Below are positions 35,831-49,422 of a stretch of DNA of 64,000 nucleotides, one piece after another (position 1 is the first letter of the stretch; every line of letters begins with the position of its first letter). This stretch comes from Octopus sinensis. Lineage: Eukaryota. Under the pieces are notes generated by a model, which did not search any database, was not told the origin of the DNA, and saw nothing but the letters and a program-made list of their open reading frames with translations. Both the position numbers and the translations under genes were made by a program. The stretch is taken from the NCBI RefSeq assembly GCF_006345805.1, contig NC_043005.1:34534001-34598000 (forward strand), written 5' to 3'.

Positions 35831-38800
35831 GACGTTGCACAGTATACAGTATAGACGTTGATTGAAGATATAGTGTTTCCTGGGAGTTTGTACTATCTGT
35901 CAAGTCACAACAAGGACCTTAGACAGACAGTACTTTATGCAATATGCATGCAGTTCCAAGTAATGCCGACTTTTGCAATACATCTAGATTGTAGGGTATT
36001 TCTAAAGTTTTCAGATGTCTTTTCAGATAGGGTGGTATTGAACCCAATGCTCTGATGACAGTAGGGATAACCTTTATGTTTGACTGTTGTAGCTGGCACA
36101 TCTTAGTGATCGCAATTCTCAGGTCTCCATATTTATCTACCTTTTCTCTTTCATGACAATATGTTGATTTCATGGTAGTGCCACATCAATTATTAGGCAC
36201 TCGTTTGTCCCTCCTAAAGGTTACTATATCTGGCATTTGGTGATCTAACACCCTGTCTGTCAGGAAATTAAAGTCCCAGACAATTTTAGCCTTTCCCTTT
36301 TCGTCCATTACATTTTCTGGTGTATGTTGGTACCAAGCACTCATAACTTCATATCCATACTTATGGCATAGTACCCAGTGAAGGTTTTGGGCTACCTTGT
36401 CATGTCTAAGTTTGTACTCTTTCTGTGACTTTCACAAGTACTAACAATGTGAGTCACACTTTCGGCCCTCTTTCCACACATTCTGCAATCTTTCAATTAT
36501 TATTATTATTATGTCAGAAAGCATATATATATATATATATACTTTCTCACATAATGATGATGATGATGATAATAATAATAATAATAATTGAAAGACCCTT
36601 TTGTAAATTATCCTCTTAATTTACAGCATTTATTCCCTCATAGAACCATCTTGATTCTAATCTTATTCTGTCTGAATAAACCCCACTAAAACATGTTCCC
36701 CTTAGCCTTCCTCTATCATTATAAATTATTGTGTTACACAGGTAGATAGAAATGGTATTTTTAATTCTCAAGTAGTTTTCATTTGTAATAATGATCCAAC
36801 AATCAATTTTGAGAATTAATTACTTAAAGACACCATTCACATGAAAAATAGTAAAGTTCGAGTTGGTAAGTTAGTAAGCTAATTAGAAATAATTTATTAG
36901 AGGGAAAGATCAGTAAGTTTGATATGAGACAAGAACTAATAGTATCTTCACCCAGATATGTTCCTACACCATTAGACCTCTCAGTGGAGCAGAGATGTCA
37001 CCTTACATGTTGGAATTATGATAAAAAAATTTGTTTAATGTTCATTTTCAATGCTAAGGATTAAATGACTATACAGTTGTAACATTGTTTTAAAGCTGAA
37101 TGCCGTTGCTGTCACTTAACCCTTACCTATTTATTAAGTAAAGGATCTTTTAATCCATGTCTTTGAAGGCACAAAATGAGAGGATGATTTATTGACAGGA
37201 AAAATGACAACAATGTCACAACCTGCAGTTGAGGGATTTTCAATGAAGCACAAATGTAAACATACACACACACACACACAATGGACTTCTTTCAATTTTT
37301 GCCAACCAAATCCACTCACAAGGCTTTGGTTGACCTGAGGCTATCACTGAAGACTCTTGTCCAAAGTACTGTACAACGGGACTGAACCTGAAACTACTTG
37401 GTTGGGAAGTGAACTCCTAAACCACACAGCTCCCTCCCCATTTCAATGCACAATAGTATACACTGGATGATGTAGAATATTACAATATTTCAGATTAGTT
37501 TCTAACAAGACATACAACCAAACTATAAGTGTTTAACCCTTTAGCATTTGGATTGTTTTGTCAAATGTAATATTTATTGCTTCACATTGTTTTGAATTCA
37601 TTATGCATTATCTCATAGCTTCAAGATTCCAATGATTGTTTATTGGTAGAATAACATTGAAGGATAGGTGCGAGAGACTGGGTCTGGCAAGTTTGAACAT
37701 AAGATGGGTAGAATATTTCGGCCGGATATGACCAGTTTAAATGCTAAACAGTTAATATCCTTAATCTTTGTGATATTAAAATCTCTAGAAGAAGGAACAG
37801 TAAGAGACAAACCTCATCTTTCCATGGAATTCCATGAACGTCTGCATACAACCTGCTGGTGCTTTGGACGAACATTATGTGTCTAGTGAAAGAAATACAA
37901 AGTTAAAAGTGAGGAGAGATTGAAAAATAAATAACTGTTTATTTATACACAAAGAGAATAACTGAAGAAAATGACTTAGAGATACCTTCCTCAGGGTAAC
38001 ATAAGTAAGACGGGCACTAGCAAAGTTGATGGAATAAACCAAGAAATTTTACTTTAAGATTTATTTATACACACAAACACACATATATATATAAACCCCA
38101 TCCACCCATATCTCTTGGTTACTTTTTTGCCTGAAGATGTTTACAAGGGACATTTGGAAGATACTTCAGCTCTCTGCAACAATTATTGATATTCTACAAA
38201 GCTTGCTCAGTTGAGGATCACAAGAGAGTAATTGCTCTTACATCTGGGATGGGTCTACTGCTACTACACACACTGACATCCTAGACTACATCCAGAAACT
38301 GGCCACCCAAATGACTGGTCTAAATCAATCACAAACATCCTCTATCCAGCCTCTGACCCACAACTGCATTGTTTCCTTCTCTCTACCTTTTCTACCACTA
38401 TTATAATGGCCTTCACTCCTCTGAATTGGCTGGGTGCATCTCACCACCACTCAGACTTTCCTGATTCCCTCTTTTCTCTTCTTCTCATCTTACTAGTTTG
38501 GGAACAACCAGAAAGGTAATTGGTGTAACAGCTGACTAAATTATTAAACAAATATAATAATGATGATGATTCATAAACCATAATTTAATGAGAAGCATTC
38601 AAACATCATCACTATCATCATTTAACATCCATGTTTCATTCCTGAATGCTGTTTTATTTCACCCAGAGAAACCAAAAGACAAGCTTTCTGTAGTCTGTAA
38701 TCTACAAAATATCTTGTAAATAGGTGTATGTTTCTAAATAGATGCTCAATGTAATGTTAAAGATCAATGATGAATTAATAGGTTACAAAATTAACACTGC

Positions 38801-39550
38801 AATAAACCAAATTTTATACTGTCAAATGCCTTGTGGACATTGTTTATGCTCTGAGTTCAAATCCCAGCTTGATCCCGTTGTCTTTTTCATCCTTCTGATG
38901 GTTGATAAACTAAAGACCAGTCAACTAAAGGTGTTGATATTATCAAATATAGTTCAAAGAAGAGGGAGAAATAACTCATAACATACAAAGGGTGATCAAT
39001 GAAAAATGTGAGCAGAGAGGGATGGTGTAAAGAATGAAGAATGAATGCTTACACAAGATTACTGCTATCAAATATCAAAGGTTGTGGAGGTCGTTTAGGA
39101 GATTGCCAAAACAGTCCTGGAAAGAAAGAAAGAAAAAATATGGTAAAATGTTCATAACATATAAGTTAATGATGATAAGTGTATCACACTTTAGGTTAGG
39201 TTCAACAACCACCTCAAAATTTTAAAGGCCTGAAAACAGTTGTCATCTGAATCTACATTATTTATCTCTACTGTAGCCATAACCTTATTTCTCTCCTGCT
39301 TCTTCCTGTTGCAGTCAGTTTTCTCACTTAGATGTAAAACTCAGTTGTGTCTCATTAATTTCTCTTCTTTCAACTTTTCCCTGAAGTAGGACACTGTCCG
39401 AAATGTTAGATTTTCCACTCCCCACAGCTAATTCACTATACCCTTTTAGTAAATTTTTACAAAATAATATGTCTTGCCAATGCATACCGACACGAGTCTC
39501 TTTGGAGTCTGATTACACATCTCTACTGTAGCCAAAACCATACAAGATAT

Positions 39551-39589
<39 letters not shown>

Positions 39590-41459
39590 ATAAAATGGAC
39601 ATCTAACCAAATAAAACTTGTTTTGATGTCTACACTATCTTCTATGCAACCAACTATTACAGTGTGGATATAATTAAGACTAAAGAATCATGTATCAGTG
39701 GTGTTAAACCTATTCAATTACATGTTGATCAACATATCTCTCTGTCTGCCTGTCTGTCTGTTTGTCTCTCTATCTCTCTATCTATCTATCTACACACACA
39801 CACATGTGTGCACACACGCACACACACAAATCATTGTCATTGTCATTTAACGTTCATTTTCCATGCTGACATATGTTGAACAGTTTGACAGGAACTGGTA
39901 AGGCCAAGGGCCACACCAAGCTCCATTGTCTGTCCTGGCATGACTTCTACAGCTGGATTCCCTTCCTAACACCAACAATTATACAGAGTGTACTGGGTGA
40001 TTTTTATGTGGCACCAGTACCAGTGCTTTTTATGTGGTACCAGCACTATTAAGACACAAACCATGTTATAAAAAACCTGGCTAACCATGTGTCTTACTCG
40101 CAAGAAACTATTAGTAGCTCTTATTTTAATACAACATACATTAAATGATATATATGAAATAGTGTTGGCTCCAGTAGAGATGAGTAAAGTAGATATAGCA
40201 GGTATGCTGATATAGTCTTACCCATGAGTGCATGGAAAACGTTAAACGATGATGATGATGATGATGATGTATGTTGGGTTTGGTAAGTGCCAATGCATGA
40301 AACTCTCGGATCTTGAGTCACTCTGTTACTTCTGCTAAATATTAATAAATAAATAAATATATCTTAACACACTACACATGGGTATAAAAGAAAGATGTGA
40401 ATTCTACTTGGCAGTATATTTTTATGAGTGTGGATGGATATTGGTCATGCAATATCGTTGATCACATGCATATTTTGAGATATTCATAAATTTATGCAAT
40501 GGAATACTGTCACTGATGAGAGCAGTAGGCATAATATTTTTTACTTTAAGCTTGAAACACGATCTGGTACGCAGTTAACCGAACCTTGTTGATTCACTAT
40601 TTTTCTTTTGCTCACCTACAATATGGTGTTATTCTTGGAGATTTTAAGGGGGTAACAGGGGCTTCAGCATCTATTTCTTGCAGTGCGTGGCGAGGCATAA
40701 TGCCAATCCCTTGTTATAATTATGTATATAATTATAAAATATTTTGTGAAATTTACCTATGGGGTTTTTATTTCCGCACTGACCACCTGGTAAAATTATT
40801 ATTGGTTTTACCCTTTTATTATAATATATATATATATTCTTTTACTCTTTTACATGTTTCAGTCATTTGACTGTGGTCATGCTGGAGCACCACCTTTAGT
40901 TGAGCAAATCGACTCCAAGACTTATTCTTTGTAAGCCTAGTACTTATTCTATCGGTCTCTTTTGCTGAACCGTTAAGTTATGGGGACGTAAACACACCAG
41001 CATCAGTTGTCAAGCGATGTTAGGGGAACAAACAGACACACACGCATATATATATATATATACATATATACGACGGGCTTCTTTCAGTTTCCATCTACCA
41101 AATCCACTCACAAGGCTTTGGTTGGCCCAAGGCTATAGTAGAAGACACTTGTCCAAGGTGCCATGCAGTGGGACTGAACCCAAAACCATGTGGTTGGTAA
41201 GCAAGCTACTTACCACACAGCCACTCCTCCACACATTTATGAATTTTCGGAATAAACAGAGCAAAAGTACACACGAAGACAGAAAGTGTCACTGAAGAGG
41301 TTACAGATGTGTGATGAAAGATTTCCGGACAATAGACATGAGTTAGAATAAGAACAGTAATAAATGAGTGAAGGATGAATATATAGTGTGTTTATTTAGC
41401 AAAAAATAACAACAAAAGACCATCCTGAAATACAACAATATATATATATGTGTGTGTGT

Positions 41460-41504
<45 letters not shown>

Positions 41505-41568
41505 CATACATATATGTATATATATATATACATACATACATATATGTATATATATACATACATACATA

Positions 41569-41613
<45 letters not shown>

Positions 41614-44600
41614 AGAGAGAAAGAGCTAGAAGGGCACTCAGGTTGATCAACTGGTTATTTTTGTTCCACAGAATTGTTCAAACAACTTAAAACATACTCA
41701 AACTGTAGACATATCTGTTATATGGAGTCACAAAGTACAGAAATCAGAAACCTTATGTTAAAAGGTACTAACTAAAGATATGATGTCAAACTACAAAAAT
41801 GTTTAAACTGATGAGATTAACCATCATAAGGAGTACAAGTATGTGATGTCATGAGAAGTACAAGTTTGAAAAGTTTGAAATGGTAATGAACCTGTCATGA
41901 AAAGTTTCTTACCTCCATTTGCTAGTTTGGTGTCCAAAGGAAAGGCATGAAGTAATTGTTTGGCCTGAAACAAGATATAATAATCATTAAAACAAATAAA
42001 CTGGTGACTTACAAAATTGTATTGAAGATGAATACCTTAATAAAAGATATTTCTCTTTTTATGTATACACAAACACACAACTATTATATTCTAAACTTAT
42101 TTTCACAGCACTGTAGTACCTTAATGATAATAATTACGAGCTCAAGGATTTGATTCCTAAACCAATATATATGTGTATATATATATATATATGACCACTA
42201 GCTCCAAAAGTTTTTTTATACTCTCTTTGTTTCTGGTCCACTAAAGGAGCTTTTTTGTGAGTACCACTGGATTAGGTAAATTCTAAATATTGTGCATTAA
42301 ATTTATACACACACACAAACACACATATATATATATATGGTTGTCTGAGTCAGTCTTTTCTTTCTTGAATTATAGTTTTGTCTCTTTTCCCCTCTCTCCG
42401 TTGCTCTTGTTTCTTTGTCTTTCTTTATATCTCTCTACCCTTTGCTTTCTCTCTGCAACTCTGTATACAATACAATAAAATATTCCTCTGATGATACATT
42501 CTAGTTAAGCACCCAATGCACTTGGAACATCCAAAGCAGAATACCAAACAACCACAATGATGAAACATACATAGGAACAAATTATATAAGTTCGTGTTTA
42601 TTTAATTTTTCCTATATACATCCATATATATAACAAAAATAAAAAAATGAAAGAAAAAGGAAATAAAGAAAGCTTCTAATAGTGCACAAAGTTTTACAAA
42701 AAACCTTTATATTTCATCTTCAGAAGGAAACAGTCCAGGAAATGCATATTTACATCAATTTTGTTATTTTATTTTAAAATGCTCATTGTTTGGATTAGCA
42801 GCAGCAGAAACTCTCCAACTGTTGCTAGTGGTCATTGTGAAGTTGGAGAGTTGCTGCTCTTACTAACCCAAACAACAAGCAGTTTAAAATAAAATAATAA
42901 AATTCAGGTAACTAGATATGTCCTGGACTGCTTCCTTTACATCTGAAATATAAAGGTTTTTTGTAAAACTTTCTGTATTGTTAGAAGCCTTTCTTTATTT
43001 CTCTTTTCTTTTATTTCCTACTTCTGGATTTCAATGTTTCCAGTCAACCATAATGCTTTTTTATATATATATATAACAGACAATCTTTGCCTCTACATCA
43101 CTCTTATTACACCAACTTTGTACTGCTCTCCCAAAATGTTATTTAGACATTTAGATCTAACAACTTGTGAAGGTTCCTTTTATCTGAGACTGAGCTTACC
43201 TTATGGTTGAAATATTTTTCAAACTTGCACCTAGCAATAGAGATACACTGCTGCCAATTCTGTGGTGCATTGCGTAACACTCGAGACACTATATATGCAC
43301 CTTCAACTTGGTCGTGTTTCATCAGTTTCTAGAAAATATAACATTACATATGATAGCTCTTTCTGCAATGAAAAGTCACAACCTTACAATAAACTCTTTC
43401 TTTCTTTCTGTCTCTCTTTCTCTCTCTCTCTCTACACACACACAATGTTGTCAAAATGATTAAAATAAAACAGTTCAAGATATATATATATATATATATA
43501 TACCACCAAGATGCATTGTGTTTCAGTAAACTAGTTTATTTAGTAGTAAAAGCAACAGTCATGAGTATCATCAACTGGAATCAAATGAAGACTGGCCTGA
43601 ATTTTTTCAAGATTAAATATAATCAGGACATGAAAGCCACATGAATTTAGTGATACTTAAGAATTCAAATCTTCCATAATTGACCACAGTAAGGCACAGT
43701 AAAGTGCAGCAACAAACATCGCCATAGATGTATTAAGAGCCATCAAGATATTTATATATTTATATAAACGACAAACAGCTAATGTGTTCACTATACTAGA
43801 ACCATGAACATCAAATATGTTTAGCACACTAAAACCATGAACAACAATGTGTTTATTGTATTATAACAATGAACATCTCATATGTTTACTATACTGTAAT
43901 CATGGGCATCAAATGTATTTTCTATGCTAGAATCATGAAAATATAATATGCTTGGTGGATAAGAAGCCTGAACATCTAATGTGCTTACTGTATTAAAACC
44001 ATGAAGATCTAATGTGTTTCCTCTACTAGGACTATGAAGACCTAATGTGTTTTCTATATTACAACCATGCACATCTAATGTGTTTATTGAATTAGAACCA
44101 TGAATATTTAATGTTTTTGCTGAAACCATGAACACCTAACTTGCTAAAAATCATCATTTGATGTCTCTTTTGAATCTGAATTTAGTTTTAAAACAAGCAT
44201 TACTCTCTGTTAAAGAGTAACAACACATTTAGCAAGATATGAAGCAGTTACAAAACTCAGAAGAAATCTACAAAAATACTAAAAGAAAAACCATAGAAGT
44301 AATTTTAAAGTAATTTGTTTCGTTTTCAAATACAGTCAATAGTTTTATAAAAAAACTCATTCCAGTACACAAAACACAAGTAAGGAATAAGTTTATTTGG
44401 TTTAGCACTTATGAATTTAAATAATATTAAATAATATTGTTTTGAAAGTGGTTTGTGTAATCTTCCTTCACAGCTGAATCAGCTTTATGATTTGTGATAA
44501 TGGATTAACTTTTGACAGAGACAGTTTTTAAAAATCCAACAAAGAATTTAAAAAAATGATATTTGAAGCTTACCTCGGCTACTGATTGAGCACTTTCATT

Positions 44601-47600
44601 CTTGGACCAAAATTTGTTGACCAGATTTGCTTTTTGACTAAAGGAACTTTCAAACTGAAAGCAAAAACAAAAGAAAAAGATAAAAATTGAAATTACTTAG
44701 TACATACAAAATAGTACCTACAAAGTACATTAGTATATACAAAAATATCAAAAATATATAAAGATGAATGTATATAAATACCAGTTATAGTAAGGTTTTA
44801 TTTTAAAGCAAATTTTAAAATAACAGTAGCATATTTTCTGATAAACGACTTGATATTAAGAGTAGAGTCAAATTTATTTTTAAATTCATTTTGTAATAAA
44901 TCTGACCCAACAAAATAGAATATATTTTAAAATTCATTTTGCTTGCTGGTTTATTCAAATAATCCAAGAGATAAAACTCAAAATCCCAGTCGAAATGAAT
45001 TTTTGCAATGAAAATGAAAACATTAACATCCAATTTCAATCAGTAGAACTAATCCAGTTTCAAGAATGAGGTGTGTGATGAGATCTGAAGCAGCAACAAG
45101 AGAAACTCTAGAAAGTGTGATTTATGTAACTTAGGAAAAGGATTGAAGATAGGGATAAGATGTTACAGGAAAGTAGTTTGTTAGATTTAGTTTTTAACCC
45201 TAAAGCCATATCTGGCCCAAAATATTCCACCGGTTTTATGTTCAAACTGACTAGATCCAGCCTATCATACCTACCCTACAATGTCATTCTAAAAATAAGC
45301 ACACACATCATTGAAATCTTGACGCTATGAGATGATGCATGATTAATTTAAAACAATATGATAAAATGATCATTACACTCGATAGTATAATCTGAATGCT
45401 AATGGGTTAATGAAAAGTTAAAATAACACATTTAGATACATTAAATCTAACGTAGACTGACATAATAGACATACTACTTTCTTTGGACAGTCACTGTAAC
45501 ATAGACTAATGTGATCAATTCATTAGAAATTTTAAGTTACAGCAGTCAGTTATATAAAAAAAATATCATACAATGAAAATGGATGAAACTTGTGAAAGAG
45601 AGAGAGCGCTAGAAAGACATAGGATGAAGTGGTGAAGACTGATCACAAGTGACACAAAGCAGAGAAAAAGGAACAGCAACAAATTGTGAGACATAGTGCT
45701 GGGGAAGAAGGACCTACTTTTGGAAGCATGGCAAAATGGATGTTAAAAGGTGGTGGTCATGGAGGTTGGGATGTATAATTTGTCTAAATTTGGGTTGTCT
45801 CACTCATTACATTTGTTAATTTTTCCATCTATTTCCTCTCACCTCTCTGTTACCACCTCATCTATTACTCACCCTCCCACCTATTCACTGCACCATGCCA
45901 ACTGTGTAACAATTAACAACATTACTGTTGCTGACTTCTACCACCACCATTAACCACCGCATCTCTCTGGTGAACATGCTGTTATCATACTTCTTAATAG
46001 TTAATTATTGATCTCTCTCCTTCACATCACTTATTGATTCCACCACTCTCCTGGTTGCCCATCTTTATTGCCATCTCTCCTTTGCTTTATCACTCATTGT
46101 TGACATACATCACATACACTCTCTCTTACTTTCATAATTCTCTCTTTCATCACTTTGTCACCTTCCTATCATTCTCACTTCCTCAATTATGCTACTCACA
46201 CTATTTTTCTATTCAATCTCCTTACCAACAACCATGTAGCTACCCATCACTGTTTCTCTTCCATTACTCCCTCCTCTATCACCCTCTCATCTTTGTTTCT
46301 CATACTATCTCGTCTTTCGTGTTATTCTTCTCTCTCTTTGACATCACTCTTTAAAGCAACCTCTCTAGTACTGGTTCCATGATAAAACTGACCCAGGAGT
46401 CTGTGAATTGGTTGGTGAAGGAACAGAGAAAATGTAGAGTAGAGAAGTCACTTAAGTTTTACCAAGGATATGACAATTTCTTTTGTGCTGGTGTAATAAT
46501 AAAATCCAATCAATACTCTCTGATTGGAAAACAAGTGTTTACCATTAGGAATGGGATCAATGACCCACCTAACCCTTGCCACCAAGGAAAACAAATATAA
46601 TAAGCATGGAGCTAATTAAAAACATGGTTGTCCTTGCATATAGGCTTGTCTCCTGTAGTGCTGATGCCATATTAGAAGCACCCATACCAGTGCTGTGTAA
46701 ATGCATCTGTGCTGATGCTGTGTAAAATCACTTAGTACACTCTGTAAAGTGGTTGGCATTAAGAAGGACATCCAGCTGTGGAAACCATGCCAAAACAGAC
46801 ATGGAACCTGGGCAGCTCTTCGGTTGGCCAGCTCCATGTTAAACTGTCCAACCTATGCCAGCATGGAAAGCAGACGTTAAATGATGATGATTTTTAAAAA
46901 TGTTGCCATACAAGTCTAATGCAAACACTTATATTGATGATAGTTTAAAAGGTGAAAATTTGAAAATTGAATATGGTGATAAAGAAAGACAATGTTTCAG
47001 GCCTGGGTGCCTGATTAAGAAGATGTGAAACAACCAGGTTTTCCTGAATTGAAACCCAACTAGTCCAGTCATTGGTGAAAATATTCCAGTTTAGTTTCAA
47101 ACTGAAGTGAAACTTACTTTGTCTCTGGCCCATTGTATACAATGTTCTATATTTGCAGGGAATGACTTCAAGGTACAATAAGGTATTTCTTCATCCAGGG
47201 GATCATTCTAGAGAAAAACAAAAGGAAAAACAAACAATGAAAATGATAAATGAAAAGGGTAAGTTGGCAGTAAACCAAGATGTCAACAATTATTTCAAAC
47301 ACACGTCTAACTCCATAGCTGAGCACTTTGGTTTAGGAAATGTGTATGTAACAGTAAAAATATTTGTGGTAGTTATTAATACTACTGTGTGAATTACAAC
47401 ATCAACCTGCGTTAGTTAGCATAGGAAACTGGATGTCAATCTTCAACAATGTGTGTGGAGTGTGGGGGGGGGGACATTAACTCTACTCTATTAATTTAAA
47501 CCTCATTGTACTGATCAAATTTTTGTACTTGACAAGCTGTAACATATTAATCATATGCAAATCAGTTCTTGCAGTCTCTTTCTATTGACCTGTAAAATTA

Positions 47601-48557
47601 AAATGCACATACGAAATGCTGAGGATTCTAGAAAGGAGCCCACTATCAAGAACAAGTTAACTTGGTTCCTGTGTCTCATGGTAAACTCAGTTTCCAAGCA
47701 GTAAGGCTTAAAGTCATGAGTTCTTATTATTCTAACATAATGTGTCATAAACCACACAATATATCATATCTACTTCAGCCAATTCATAATATTTGCCTTA
47801 GATGAATCTAGATAGAAATAAATGTCAATCCTTTCACTTTACAGCTTTAAAATTAACCTCAACAATGACATTCAGCAGTGAAAAACATTTTCTCCTTGCA
47901 GATGTTTGATTCTTTCAATAATTCACCTTATGATAATGGCAGAAAACCTTTTCCTCCAATTATGAAAATAACAAAAATACTTCAATGAATTCTCTCCTAA
48001 TTATATGAGGCAGAGCTGATGACCTACATAACAGTTTTTATAACATAATATAGTTGCTATATTTTACCGCTTAGTGTTCTTGTTTAGGAGCAAGAGCCAC
48101 AGAAATGAGACCTCAATAAGTTAAATATATAACATAGTTTTTATTGATTTATATAGTATAATTGGGGAGTATAGATGCAGTCAACAATTTGGAAGTGTTT
48201 GGCAGTGGTTAAGAAGCATACTTCCCAACCATGTGATTTCGGGTTCAGTACCACTATATGGTATTCTGGACAAGTGTCATCTATTTTAGTCATGAGCTGA
48301 CCAAAAAGCTTGTGAATGGATTTGGTGGATGGAAACTGAAAGAATACTGTGTGTACTTAGATATATATATTTATATATATACATCTATATTGCTTTTGGT
48401 AGCCTAAGGACTAACATGAGGAGTCACCAGATGAAGTGAATGAATAACATGGGTGGATGGTAGTAATAGTAATGTGAGTGTGTTGTTGACTATTTGGTTG
48501 TACCTTTTTGCCTGTCTTCTCACTGAACTATCATGTCATCTTCGACAGTAGAGTCTG

Positions 48558-48599
<42 letters not shown>

Positions 48600-49254
48600 T
48601 GCACACACACACACATATATATATATATACACACACACACGTGTGTGTGTGTGTGTGCACATGTATTTGCTTATCTTTGCACTTCTCAATAATTTCAAGC
48701 TATAAGCAGTGATATTCTCCTTCTCAACAAATCATTCACTGACTTTGCACCTTCTAAGACAGGTGAAATAAGAGATCTTTTATGTGAAGCAAGGGTTTGT
48801 GACAGCAATGTCATCTGGTTGCAAAAACAATGCCTCACTTATGTATTTGTCTAACCCGTGCTAGCATGAAAAACAAACATAAACAAACACCAGTGGGAAA
48901 TGAAATACCCAGGGATTGTGCAACAAGCTCAGTGGGTTACACCAAGTGGTTGATCACTGAACCAGTGGTTCAAACCATTTTGTATTGGTTCTGTTAAAAA
49001 AGAATCAAGAAAATGGGTTATTTACTTATGATATATGTTGACATATCAGAATAAAACAGCACATAAACCCATTATAGTTTTGATATGCTAGGGCACTGTC
49101 TTGAAGGGTTTTAGTCAAACAAATTAGACCCCAGAACTGTCTGATACTTATTCTATTGGTCTCTTTGGCCAAACCACCAAGTTATAGGGACATAAACAAA
49201 GCAACACCGATTGTAAAGTGGTGTCATTGTGGGGAGAACATAGATACAAAGACA

Positions 49255-49351
<97 letters not shown>

Positions 49352-49377
49352 CATGTATATATATATATATATGTATA

Positions 49378-49422
<45 letters not shown>

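Noticed and set aside
40840-41230. tRNA genes in SINE heads
   Set aside because: A/B-box remnants are fused to SINE bodies, with no complete cloverleaf.
41343-41690. ORF-track proteins rich in YI/CV/HT repeats (also 6410-6917, 25889-26412, 48508-49472)
   Set aside because: Translations of dinucleotide microsatellites.
41800-41835. CTGATGA followed by a small hairpin
   Set aside because: GAAA box absent; the same applies to ~48018 and ~57011.
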